The notes under the pieces: generated by a model
The model's input: only the letters and a program-made list of their open reading frames with translations
What the model was told of the DNA's origin: nothing
Databases searched by the model: none
Shown here: positions 51,401 through 64,000 of the stretch, piece after piece
How the letters are laid out: each line of letters opens with the position of its first letter
Numbering within the stretch: position 1 is the first letter of the stretch
Made by a program: the position numbers and the translations under genes
Assembly (NCBI GenBank): GCA_964016885.1
Contig: CAXHJY010001396.1
Span: forward strand, 1 to 64,000
Source of the DNA: Eledone cirrhosa
Lineage: Eukaryota
Length of the DNA: 64,000 nucleotides
Direction of reading: 5' to 3'

Positions 51401-54400
51401 GGATAACTCACACCCTCTCTTCCTATCAAGCCAAGTCTCCAGTGTTTCAGGGATAACTCCCACCCTCTATTCCTATCAAGCCAAGTCTCCAGTGTTTCAG
51501 GGATAACTCCCACCATCTCTTCCTATCAAGCCAGGTCTCCAGTTTCAGGGATAACTCCCACCCTCTCTTCCTATCAAGCCAGGTCTCCAGTTTCAGGGAT
51601 AACTCCCACCCTCTCTTCCTATCAAGCCAAGTCTCCAGTTTCAGGGATAACTCCCACCCTCTCTTCCTATCAAGCCAAGTCTCCAGTTTCAGGGATAACT
51701 CCCACCCTCTCTTCCTATCAAGCCAGGTCTCTAGTTTCAGGGATAACTCCCACCCTCTCTTCCTATCAAGCCAGGTCTCCAGAGTTTCAGGGATAACTCC
51801 CACCCTCTCTTCCTATCAAGCCAGGTCTCCAGTTTCAGGGATAACTCCCACTCTCTCTTCCTATCAAGCCAGGTCTCCAGTTTCAGGGATAACTCCCACC
51901 CTCTCTTCCTATCAAGCCAGGTCTCCAGTGTTTCAGGGATAACTCCCACCCTCTCTTCCTATCAAGCCAGGTCTCCAGTTTCAGGGATAACTCCCACCCT
52001 CTCTTCCTATCAAGCCAGGTCTCCAGTTTCAGGGATAACTCCCACCCTCTCTTCCTATCAAGCCAAGTCTCCAGTGTTTCAGGGATAACTCCCACCCTCT
52101 ATTCCTATCAAGCCAAGTCTCCAGTGTTTCAGGGATAACTCCCACCCTCTCTTCCTATCAAGCCAGGTCTCCAGTTTCAGGGATAACTCCCACCCTCTCT
52201 TCCTATCAAGCTAGATCTCCAGAGTTTCAGGGATAACTCCCACCCTCTCTTCCTATCAAGCCAGGTCTCCAGTGTTTCAGGGATAACTCCCACCCTCTCT
52301 TCCTATCAAGCCAGGTCTCCAGAGTTTCAGGGATAACTCCCACCCTCTCTTCCTATCAAGCCAGGTCTCCAGTTTCAGGGATAACTCCCACCCTCTCTTC
52401 CTATCAAGCCAGGTCTCCAGTGTTTCAGGGATAACTCCCACCCTCTCTTCCTATCAAGCCAGGTCTCCAGTGTTTCATGGATAACTCCCACCCTCTCTTC
52501 CTATCAAGCCAGGTCTCCAGTTTCAGGGATAACTCCCACCCTCTCTTCCTATCAAGCCAGGTCTCCAGTTTCAGGGATAACTCCCACCCTCTCTTCCTAT
52601 CAAGCCAGGTCTCCAGTGTTTCATGGATAACTCCCACCCTCTCTTCCTATCAAGCCAGGTCTCCAGTTTCAGGGATAACTCCCACCCTCTCTTCCTATCA
52701 AGCCAAGTCTCCAGTGTTTCAGGGATAACTCCCACCCTCTCTTCCTATCAAGCCAAGTCTCCAGTGTTTCAGGGATAACTCCCACCCTCTCTTCCTATCA
52801 AGCCAGGTCTCCAGTGTTTCAGGGATAACTCCCACCCTCTCTTCCTATCAAGCCAGGTCTCCAGTTTCAAGGATAACTCTCACCCTCTCTTCCTATCAAG
52901 CCAGGTCTCCAGTGTTTCAGGGATAACTCCCACCCTCTCTTCCTATCAAGCCAGGTCTCCAGTGTTTCAGGGATAACTCCCACCCTCTCTTCCTATCAAG
53001 CCAGGTCTCCAGTTTCAGGGATAACTCCCACCCTCTCTTCCTATCAAGCCAGGTCTCCAGTTTCAGGGATAACTCCCACCCTCTCTTCCTATCAAGCCAG
53101 GTCTCCAGAGTTTCAGGGATATCTCCCACTCTCTCTTCCTATCAAGCCAGGTCTCCAGAGTTTCAGGGATAACTCCCACCCTCTCTTCCTATCAAGCCAG
53201 GTCTCCAGTGTTTCAGGGATAACTCCCACCCTCTCTTCCTATCAAGCCAGGTCTCCAGTTTCAGGGATAACTCCCACCCTCTCTTCCTATCAAGCCAGGT
53301 CTCCAGTGTTTCAGGGATAACTCCCACCCTCTCTTCCTATCAAGCCAGGTCTCCAGTTTCAGGGATAACTCCCACCCTCTCTTCCTATCAAGCCAGGTCT
53401 CCAGTTTCAGGGATAACTCCCACCCTCTCTTCCTATCAAGCCAGGTCTCCAGTTTCAGGGATAACTCCCACCCTCTCTTCCTATCAAGCGAGGTCTCCAG
53501 TGTTTCAGGAATAACTCCCACCCTCTCTTCCTATCAAGCCAGGTCTCCAGTGTTTCAGGGATAACTCCCACCCTCTCTTCCTATCAAACCAGGTCTCCAG
53601 TGTTTCAGGGATAACTCCCACCCTCTCTTCCTATCAAGCCAGGTCTCCAGAGTTTCAGGGATAACTCCCACCCTCTCTTTCTATCAAGCCAGGTCTCCAG
53701 TTTCAGGGATAACTCCCACCTTCTCTTCCTATCAAGCCAAGTCTCCAGTTTCAGGGATAACTCCCACCTTCTCTTCCTATCAAGCCAAGTCTCCAGTTTC
53801 AGGGATAACTCCCACCCTCTCTTCCTATCAAGCCAGGTCTCCAGTTTCAGAGATAACTCCCACCCTCTCTTCCTATCAAGCCAGGTCTCCAGAGTTTCAG
53901 GGATAACTCCCACCCTCTCTTCCTATCAAGCCAGGTCTCCAGTTTCAGGGATAACTCCCACTCTCTCTTCCTATCAAGCCAGGTCTCCAGTTTCAGGGAT
54001 AACTCCCACCCTCTCTTCCTATCAAGCCAGGTCTCCAGTTTCAGGGATAACTCCCACCCTCTCTTCCTATCAAGCCAGGTCTCCAGTTTCAGGGATAACT
54101 CCCACCCTCTCTTCCTATCAAGCCAAGTCTCCAGTGTTTCAGGGATAACTCCCACCCTCTATTCCTATCAAGCCAAGTCTCCAGTGTTTCAGGGATAACT
54201 CCCACCCTCTCTTCCTATCAAGCCAGTCTCCAGTTTCAGGGATAACTCCCACCCTCTCTTCCTATCAAGCCAGGTCTCCAGTTTAAGGGATAACTCCCAC
54301 CCTCTCTTCCTATCAAGCCAAGTCTCCAGTTTCAGGGATAACTCCCACCCTCTCTTCCTATCAAGCCAAGTCTCCAGTTTCAGGGATAACTCCCACCCTC

Positions 54401-55683
54401 TCTTCCTATCAAGCCAGGTCTCCAGTTTCAGGGATAACTCCCACCCTCTCTTCCTATCAAGCCAGGTCTCCAGAGTTTCAGGGATAACTCCCACCCTCTC
54501 TTCCTATCAAGCCAGGTCTCCAGTTTCAGGGATAACTCCCACTCTCTCTTCCTATCAAGCCAGGTCTCCAGTTTCAGGGATAACTCCCACCCTCTCTTCC
54601 TATCAAGCCAGGTCTCCAGTGTTTCAGGGATAACTCCCACCCTCTCTTCCTATCAAGCCAGGTCTCCAGTTTCAGGGATAACTCCCACCCTCTCTTCCTA
54701 TCAAGCCAGGTCTCCAGTTTCAGGGATAACTCCCACCCTCTCTTCCTATCAAGCCAAGTCTCCAGTGTTTCAGGGATAACTCCCACCCTCTATTCCTATC
54801 AAGCCAAGTCTCCAGTGTTTCAGGGATAACTCCCACCCTCTCTTCCTATCAAGCCAGGTCTCCAGTTTCAGGGATAACTCCCACCCTCTCTTCCTATCAA
54901 GCTAGATCTCCAGAGTTTCAGGGATTAATCCCACCCTCTCTTCCTATCAAGCCAAGTCTCCAGTTTCAGGGATAACTCCCACCCTCTCTTCCTATCAAGC
55001 CAAGTCTCCAGTTTCAGGGATAACTCCCACCCTCTCTTCCTATCAAGCCAGGTCTCCAGTTTCAGGGATAACTCCCACCCTCTCTTCCTATCAAGCCAAG
55101 TCTCCAGTTTCAGGGATAACTCCCACCCTCTCTTCCTATCAAGCCAGGTCTCCAGTTTCAGGGATAACTCCCACCCTCTCTTCCTATCAAGCCAGGTCTC
55201 CAGTTTCAGGGATAACTCCCACCCTCTCTTCCTATCAAGCCAGGTCTCCAGTGTTTCAGGGATAACTCCCACCCTCTCTTCCTATCAAGCCAGGTCTCCA
55301 GTGTTTCAGGGATAACTCCCATCCTCTCTTCCTATCAAACCAGGTCTCCAGTGTTTCAGGGATAACTCCCACCCTCTCTTCCTATCAAGCCAGGTCTCCA
55401 GTGTTTCAGGGATAACTCCCACCCTCTCTTCCTATCAAGCCAGGTCTCCAGTTTCAGGGATAACTCCCACCCTCTCTTCCTATCAAGCCAGGTCTCCAGT
55501 GTTTCAGGGATAACTCCCACTCTCTCTTCCTATCAAACCAGGTCTCCAGTGTTTCAGGGATAACTCCCACTCTCTCTTCCTATCAAGCCAGGTCTCCAGT
55601 TTCAGGGATAACTCCCACCCTCTCTTCCTATCAAGCCAGGTCTCCAGTGTTTCAGGGATAACTCCCACTCTCTCTTCCTATCA
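48430..55683. repeat. 48/50-bp minisatellite, ~150 units, with a higher-order duplication
   Basis: Unit tcagggataactcccaccctctcttcctatcaagccaggtctccag(tg/ag/-)tt. Confidence 0.98.
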
Positions 55684-55863
55684 GACCTGGAGGCCCTGAA
55701 AAGTGTCATGGACTCAGCACTTCTTCCCATTATAACTGAACAGCCAAAAACTGTATATATTCAATAGCAGTGCTCCAGCATGACCTCAAGCCGTCGACAG
55801 GAATAGGTAGGAGATAAAAGATGCATATAAAGAGATAATAGTGAAAAGATTAAAACCACTCAC

Positions 55864-55922
55864 GGGTGATGGACGTCATCGATTATTTCCGATATTTTAG
55901 TCATATGAAGTCTATCAAAAGT
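55864..55922 (-). CDS. ADAMTS-like gene, most 5' exon found (N-terminal/prodomain, TFDRLHMTKISEIIDDVHHP)
   Basis: Acceptor gtttctgtag and donor gtgagt; 59 nt, open, phase 0->2, which fits the phase-2 start of the next exon. No diagnostic motif. Confidence 0.6.
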
Positions 55923-56189
55923 CTACAGAAACAAAGGTGTGAGTGTGTGTGTGAGGGAGAGAGAATGTGCGTGTGTCTCCTCTTGTGTGAGAATGTGTTT
56001 TGTTTGTGTGAGTGTGTGTGTGTATGCAGCATATATGAGAAAATGACAAAGAGTTAGTGTGTCTGTCTGTGTGTCTGTATGTGTCTGTGTGTGTGTCCCT
56101 GTGTGTCTGTGTGTGTGTCTGTGTGTCTGTGTGTATGTGTGTGTCTGTGTGTGTTCTTTGCGTCAGTGTAGTTGTTGTTGTTGTTATCA

Positions 56190-57599
56190 AGTCTCCAGTG
56201 ACCATTTGAATAAAGGTCTTCAAATCGTAACAGACCAAAGACTCCGATTTAGAGCACTCATCAGTTTCCTGGAGTAATGAGATTATAGATTGGTTCAATA
56301 ACATAAAATTTAAACATAACAAAAAATTCATTCAAATGGATATTGCAAACTACTACTCCTCTATTACTCCTAGTTTACTTAATAAGGCTCTTATCTATGC
56401 ATCTAAACATACAGATTTATCTAGTGAAGAAATGCATATCATTTTAACCGCACGGAAAACTTTAATTGAATTCAACTATCATTTCTGGACAAGAGCCGAT
56501 AGGAAAAATAATTTTGACATCACCATGGGATCATCTGACTCGGCGCAAATAACGGATCTTGTGGGGTTATTTATTGCATAGAAAAATACCAGAGATGACC
56601 GGTGGTTTATATCGTGATGATATGCTGCTTTTAATTGAAAATCATAGTAATTGTGAAATTAATAGGAAAAGAAAATCCATAATACAATTCTTCAATAACT
56701 ACAACCTTAAGTTAGAAATAGAGAATAACTATAAAATCGTTAACTTTTTAGCTGTAACATTAAACTTTAGCACAGGGCTCTACTATCCATTCCATAAAAT
56801 TAATGAGAATCTAAATTATGTAAGTTTTAACTCTAATCATCCTAGATCTATCAAGAACACTATTGTCAATTGTGTCCAACAACGGATTTCACGCATCTCC
56901 GCTAATAAAAACATTTTTGATGAGAAGGCTGAATATTATAATGAAGCTTTAAATAGAGCAGGGTATATAAATAAGATTAAATACATTGACAACAATAATA
57001 GGGCAAATCACCCTACTATTAATTGTAATAATAATAAACAATTTAACTTAAACTCTAAAACTAACAGAAGAACTAGAAATATTATTTGGTATTCACCCCC
57101 ATTCTCATTAAGCGTTAAAACACCTTTAGCAAAGCTATTCTTTAAAGCACTAGATAAATGTTTTCCTAAAGCTCACAGATACCACTCAATCTTTAACAAA
57201 CATACTATAAAACTATCCTACTCTACTACTATGAACATAGCACAAAATATAAATAGAATTAATAATAGAAACTTAAATTTAAACCCTAACCAAAATAACC
57301 AAAATAGCAATAATAATATTTCTAGCAATATCCAACCTAATAGTACCGTTCCGAGCAACAATAACTCCGCAAAATGTAACTGTAAAATTAAATCAAACTG
57401 TCCTTTACAAAATAAGTGTTTAGATAAAAACGTGGTCTACAAATGCACAGTTAAAACTAGTGGAATTATATTTAACTATGTCGGTGCCACTTCTACAGAA
57501 TTTAAACTTCGCTGGAATAACCACAATTTTTCTTTCCGAAGATTTGATAAAAAAATCTTCAACTTCTCTTTGAAACTTGATATGGCACTTAAAATGCAA

Positions 57600-57600
<1 letters not shown>
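56190..57600 (+). mobile_element. Penelope-like element fragment (RT plus GIY-YIG), probably Naiad-type
   Basis: FIQMDIANYYSSI, DITMGSSDSAQITDLVGL, GLYRDD, SNHP, CNCx5CPx4C, VVYKC...YVGAT..FKxRWxNH; frameshift at ~56578; truncated by (TA)n. Confidence 0.85.
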
Positions 57601-57637
<37 letters not shown>

Positions 57638-57639
<2 letters not shown>

Positions 57640-58447
57640 CACCACCTGTTTTACCCCATTTTAATTTTATTTTGATCATGCTTTTATTTTTAATTTCATT
57701 CGCACCGTTTCCTCCCACCCCCTTTTCGCTATATGTCTCTCCACCACTCCCCTACACACCCTTTGAACTCTCTTCCCACACCTACACCCCACCCTACACA
57801 CACCTCTTCCTGAACATGCAACCCCGTTCTTCCCCCAACCCTTGCTTTCACATACACACACACACGTACACCTACACACACACACACACCACCTTCAGCC
57901 CTCCCCGCTCAGACACCCCGTCTCCCTCTCCCCACTCCACCCGCCACCACCCCTACACGCCCCACACCCTTCTACCACTTGTTTTACCCCATTTTAATTT
58001 TATTTTGATCATGCTTTTATTTTTAATTTCATTCGCACCGTTTCCTCCCACCCCCTTTTCGCTATATGTCTCTCCACCACTCCCCTATACACCCTTTGAA
58101 CTCTCTTCCCACACCTACACCCCACCCCACACACACCTCTTCCTGAACATGCAACCCCGTTCTTCCCCCAACCCTTGCTTTCACATACACACACACACGT
58201 ACACCTACACACACACACACACCACCTTCAGCCCTCCCCGCTCAGACACCCCGTCTCCCTCTCCCCACTCCACCCGCCACCACCCCTACACGCCCCACAC
58301 CCTTCCACCACTTGTTTTACCCCATTTTAATTTTATTTTGATCATGCTTTTATTTTTAATTTCATTCGCACCGTTTCCTCCCACCCCCTTTTCGCTATAT
58401 GTCTCTCCACCACTCCCCTACACACCCTTTGAACTCTCTTCCCACAC
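57638..58447 (+). repeat. 333-bp tandem repeat (~2.4 copies), probably the pseudo-LTR region of the adjacent Penelope-like element
   Basis: gttttaccccattttaattttattttgatc recurs every 333 bp and ends just before a hammerhead-like core. Confidence 0.9.
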
Positions 58448-58451
58448 ACTT

Positions 58452-58486
58452 TTCACCTGAAGAAGGGCTTATGCCCGAAACGTCGT
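58452..58486 (+). ncRNA. Minimal hammerhead-like core of a Penelope pseudo-LTR (decayed relative at ~10803-10835)
   Basis: CTGAAGA-a-gggc-ttat-gccc-GAAA-cg-TC; stem I is weak. Confidence 0.55.
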
Positions 58487-58899
58487 TCCCCACCCCCACC
58501 CCACTCTCAAGAGCGTGAAATTAATAAACATTCGTTGTACTGCCTCTCTGTTTTGTTCCTGTTCAAATTTTCCATTATATATAATACACGCTCACACGGC
58601 TTCCATTCCTTTGGAATATAACTTAACTACCGGCTCAACCCCGATCTAATCCGCCGTGACCACTCTCTGAACTTTACACACCTTCCCACACTTGTTCTTT
58701 CCTTCCACGCATTACCTTTGTTTGATTTTGTTACTGTACTTGTTTATTTCCGTATCTGATTTTTTGCCTGTGTTTTTACAATTTTATTTCTATGATTTTC
58801 TGTTCACGATTGCCTGTGTTTTTACCTTTATGATTTTTTGTCTTTAATTTTCCTGTGTATACTCTCCCCTCTTTACGTTTTTCTGTTTCATTTTCCCTT

Positions 58900-61630
58900 C
58901 CCCGTCTCTGCCTATCCTTCGCACTCACTCCTTCGTTCACTCCACCCCGCTTCACCCACCTGCTTTCTCATCCCTCCCCTGCTTTCACCCAACGCCCACC
59001 ATGCCCAGCCTGAGATCCTTTCTCCACCAACTACACACTAGCCTCAAACTTTTCCTCACCACCCTCCTCCCACCCTGCTATCTCCCCTCTGCCCTTCAAC
59101 TCTCCTACCTTCTCTTCGCCAAAACCCGGCACTCCAGCCACATCCATTTCCTCAGCCACTGCCACCGCCTCCACCTTATCCCCCTCGGCTTCCGTCTACA
59201 CTTCCACCCTTCCCCCGCCGCTTCCCCCTCCACGCAACGTATCCTCACCCGATCCTCACGCCTCCTGATGCGCAACTCCATCCGCGCCTCCCGTTCCACC
59301 CTCCGCCAACTTGACCACCAACTGACTCCCACCCTCCTCCGCCTTAACTCCACCTGCCACCCCCTCCTCGCCCAAGCCATCCTCTCCTTCATCCAAAACC
59401 TCAACCACGACCTCTTCTCCTTCCTCATCTCCACCAAAGCCCGCAAGCTACACTCACTCCTCCCAACCACCCCCATCCACCACCACCAGCCCATCCCCAT
59501 GAGCCCACCACTCTCCAACCCTCCCTCACCCCCCCCCCATCCAATCTCCCCCCTCACCCGACACACCCAAACCCCACCACTTGTTGTCACCATACCCTCT
59601 GACCTCCCCCTCTCCGCACCTGAGCGCTCACTCCTTAGTAGAGGCCTCCGCTTCATACCCCACACTCCGCACAGCGACGAGTTCCGCACCCGAACGGAAG
59701 TCGAGCGATTCGTGCGACGCACGAAGCTACAGGCACATTTCGGCCGAACGCCCCAGACCCGTTTCTCGCCCTGGGCCGACGACCATCTTCTTGGACGCCG
59801 GCCCCAGGGCAATTTAGCACCCTGGACGCGTTCGTCGATGCCAGCCGTAGCGCCGTAAATCGTTTCGACTTCCGCCACCGTTCCAAACGGAATAATATCT
59901 CACGGGGCGAACTCCTCGCTCTCCGCTCCCTCCGTAGCCGAGATGACATCGTCATCAAACCGGCGGACAAGGGGGGCGCCGTGGTGGTGTGGCGCGCGGA
60001 CCTCTACACGGCCGAAGCCCTCAGGCAGCTCCGTAACCCCCTCTTCTACCGCCCTCTACCCTCCGATCCCACACCCTCTACAAACAACAAGTTTCCTCCA
60101 CCATCCAACACCTTGTCTCCCCCCCCCCCCACTGCTTCCCACCTCATCGTCCGCACCCCCCGCACCCCCACCATCTACTTCCTCCCCAAACTCCACAAAC
60201 CCGACAACCCCGGCCGCCCCATCGTCTCCGCTTGCAACTGCCCCACCGAACTCATCTCCGCCTTTCTCGACTCCATCCTCGCCCCCCTTGTCACAACCCT
60301 CCCCTCCCACATCTCCGACACCAACCACGCCCTGCGCCTTTTCGACTCCTTCACCTACCCACCCGGCCCACAGCCCTTCCTCTTCACCCTAGACATCAAG
60401 TCCCTCTATACCGTCATCCCCCCACGCCGACGGCCTACACGCCCTCAAACACTACTTCGACCTTCGCCCCTCCCCCATTCCCTCCACCCCCACCCTCCTT
60501 CGCCTCGCCGAGCTGGTCGTCACCCTCAATTGTTTCTCCTTCTCGGGTGAGTTTTACCAACAGGTCACGGGGGTAGCCATGGGTACAAGAATGGGCCCGA
60601 ACTATGCCAACCTTTTTGTTGGCCATGTTGAGGCCCAAATCTTTGCCCAGTACACCGGCCCCACGCCCGAACTGTACGGTCGTTACATCGACGACTGTAT
60701 CGGAGCCACGACCCTCACCCGAGAACAGCTCGACTCCTTTCTCTCCTTCTTCTGCTCCTTCCACCCCTCCCTCCACTTCACCACCTCTATCTCCACCACC
60801 CACGTCCACTTCTTAGACATCTCCGTCGCCTTCGACCCCTCCCACCACTCCCTCGTCACCTCCGCCTTCTTCAAACCCACTGACTCCCACTCTTACCTCG
60901 ACTTCACCTCTTCCCACCCCACACACACTAAACACTCTATTCCCTACTCCCAACTCCTCAGGATCCGCCGCCTCTGTAGCCGAGATGCTGACTTCGAGTC
61001 CCAGGCCCTTTCCCTAGTCAGCTATTTCATCCGCAGAGGTTACCCCCCCCCTCTCTCGTCCACACCGCTCTCACCAGCGCCCGTGCTGTCCACCGCTCCA
61101 CCACCCTCACCCCACGCCACCGCACACCCATCCACCGTCTCCCCTTCCCCATCACCTACCACCCATCCACCGCACCATCCGCCGCCTCTTCCGACGCCTC
61201 CAGTCCGACCCCTCCACCTCCCACATCTTCCCAACCCCACCACTCCCCTCCTTCAAATGCGCACGCAATCTCTCCGCACCCTCCTCGTCCACAGCTCCCT
61301 ACCCCCCAACCCACGCTCTCTTTCCCGCCCCCCGTTTCCTTTCCCTGTTCTAGGCCCCGCTGCAACACCTGTCCCCACATCACCAACACCACCACCTTCC
61401 AGGGTCCCAACGGCCACTCTCTCTCTGTCCGGCATGCCTTCCGCTGCACCTCCTCCAACCTAGTCTACGGACTTCGCCGGACAGACGGGACGTCGCCTGG
61501 CGGACAGATTCACTGAGCACCTCCGGGATATTCGTCTCGGTGGTAGTTCCCCCATCGCCCGCCACTTTGGTGCCCCTGGACATTCCGCACGCCACCTCAC
61601 AGTCTGTGGCCTACTCCAATGCCCTAATTA
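58900..61630 (+). mobile_element. Penelope-like element, Neptune-type, frameshifted
   Basis: IKPADKGGAVV, YFLPKLHK..PGRPIVS, DIKSLYT, GVAMGTRMGP.YANLF, RYIDD, CxxPRCxTC, GQTGRRL.DRF.EH; deletion inside the GIY-YIG. Confidence 0.9.
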
Positions 61631-62286
61631 TAGACAAAACACAACCACAAATCAATAATAGACTAGAACTCAACACCCAATTTATAACTTGATAGAGCAT
61701 CTAGCCCCATATTTACACCACCACCCCACCCACACACACGCACACACACACACGCACATACACACACACATGCGTGCGCGCGCTTACACCTCCACTTATT
61801 CTCTCTCTCACACACACACACATACACACACAAAGACCAGTTCTAACACGAGATAACATCTATCCCCCACATTTTCGTATAGACATATCTTCTCACACTC
61901 ACACACACACATACTTACACCTCACACATTCTCCCACACACTTAAACAGGCATGTACAAAAAAACTTTTCAAGGGAGACTACTCTTTATCCACCTAACCT
62001 TAACTCTTTGACATTAGAGATAGAACTCTATACCATTTCCTGTCCGCATGACTTGGCAAGCTATTTAGAACACTGGTTTAACCGCTTTACTTCCCTCCGA
62101 AGAAGAGATATTATCTCGAAAATTAGGACATTTAAATAAATCTAAGGTAAAAGACTAATTGTCAACAATATCTTTTGCATTTGCATTCTTTATTCTATGT
62201 CCATACCTGCATTCTTTTGGCTTTATTATACATATACAAACGTTTATACCTCATTACACAATGCTTCAAGTGAACTATAACTTCCT

Positions 62287-62288
<2 letters not shown>

Positions 62289-62346
<58 letters not shown>

Positions 62347-62400
62347 GTTTTTTTTATATATACACATGTGTGTGTGCGCATGTATATATGTGTGTATATG

Positions 62401-62467
<67 letters not shown>

Positions 62468-62560
62468 ATATTTAGTAAAATCTCTATATATATACATATA
62501 TATATATATATATTATGGAATACTGTTGGCTTTTTGCTACAATATTTTCTATACCTTTCA

Positions 62561-62621
<61 letters not shown>

Positions 62622-63567
62622 ATGTATGTGTTTGTGTATATATTCATGTGTGAGTGTCTGTGTAAGTGCGTGTGTATATATGTGTGTCTATAATTGCGCG
62701 TGTATATGTGTGTCTATGTTTATATATAAAAACTTTCTTGTCCGTATTTCTTATCTCTATATTCTATATAAGTTTATATACGCATAATTTTGCACAGAAT
62801 ATTATGCTTGCATTTTATAAATGCGTTTGTATGCATGTACGTATTATTGTGTGTGTGTGTGTGTGTATTTATATGTATATATATATTATAGAATACTGTT
62901 AGCTTCTCGCTAAAACAATTTCTATACGTTTCATTTATACTTATACTCGGATTCTTTTCCTTGAGTGCTTAAATTATCTGTGACTAATCCCGGTTTTTTT
63001 ATAAAAACTGCGATAATATTGCTGTTTGCTGAACTCCTTTTGTAGAGTTTTTTTTTTCGGAATGTATTTGACTGTTATTTCTTGTAAACAAACATTCATT
63101 TTCATCCTGACGTCACTAGCCCCGTTTTTCCTCATGTGCGTTTTTCATAATCACGCATGATGGTGAACTAGCCAGTTTTAGAATTCCCTTTTTGGCTTAT
63201 AATTCTGCGGGAGCCCTGGTTATCTGTTGAGCTCTGCTGACGATTGAAATCCAACCGTGACCATCTCCACTGAAAGTTTTCATGAAATAATCTTTAAGAC
63301 TATACAGAGCATTTGATGTTTTTCCAAATTGAAGGATGAGTATTTTAAACTTTATTTTATCATGAGTTAAGGGTCTATTGATTCTTCCCTGGATTTCACT
63401 AAATTCTGTGGATGAATTTGTATCCTGATTCTCTTTTGAGATGAGTTTGAATTATTTTTCCTACATCTTACGTTAACTATTTTTCCCATCTTGACGACAT
63501 AGTCGCATATATATATTATAGAATACTGTTAGCTTCTCGCTAAAACAATTTCTATACCTTTCATTTG

Positions 63568-63647
<80 letters not shown>

Positions 63648-63721
63648 TGATAGTAGCTAAGATGCTCCCATAGGCGGTATGCCGGTTGAGCACTCTATGC
63701 TCTTACAGAGCAGAGTATGTG

Positions 63722-63765
<44 letters not shown>

Positions 63766-63891
63766 TACATATGTGTGTTTATGTTTATGTATCTATGTGT
63801 GTGTGTATGTTTGTATGTATGTCTATGTATGTATATATGTGTGTGTGTTTGATTGTATACATATGTATGTATATGTATATATATATACAGT

Positions 63892-63965
<74 letters not shown>

Positions 63966-64000
63966 TTGTATGTGTATATATATATTTCTAGTTACATTCT
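62289..64000. repeat. (TA)n/(TG)n microsatellite-rich region (similar tracts at ~1010-1155, 16440-16740, 20250-20640)
   Basis: Direct inspection. Confidence 0.9.

Noticed and set aside
48430-55683. Possible CRISPR array or repeat-protein ORFs (LETWLDRKRGWELSLK)n
   Set aside because: No unique spacers, eukaryotic context, and mixed 48/50-bp units constantly break the frame.
57370-57430. Selenocysteine (TGA) recoding in the Naiad-like zinc finger
   Set aside because: All four positions are ordinary TGT Cys codons in this copy.
56559-58460. 633-aa ORF as a single protein
   Set aside because: Chimera of a Penelope RT/EN fragment, a (TA)n run and a 333-bp tandem repeat.
62930-63110. First (signal peptide) exon of the ADAMTS-like gene
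   Set aside because: A short open frame exists but has no hydrophobic signal peptide and no convincing phase-0 donor.

Overview
Repeat-dense eukaryotic DNA, probably cephalopod/octopus (inferred from the SINE families and the (TA)n/(CA)n load; not verified). Read manually, the window holds 13 short, phase-compatible exons of a minus-strand ADAMTS-like metalloprotease gene: prodomain, HEIGHVLGMPHD zinc motif, Met-turn, disintegrin-like region and first TSP1 repeat. One exon (14435-14519) is frameshifted. The introns are filled with nested mobile DNA. The largest is a 21.4-kb insertion (15504-36885) with ~0.9-kb inverted arms and an exact 8-bp TSD that splits a SINE. It contains a 556-bp tandem/inverted array with a type I hammerhead ribozyme in every unit, a 5'-inverted RTE LINE, and three head-to-tail Tx1-like LINEs at one (GATA)n site. 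Elsewhere: a perfect 442-bp palindrome with hammerheads, a CRE-like RLE retrotransposon, two different Penelope-like elements, a 7.2-kb 48/50-bp minisatellite with a 2.69-kb higher-order duplication, and many SINEs and MITEs. All calls are from reading the sequence; no database searches were run.
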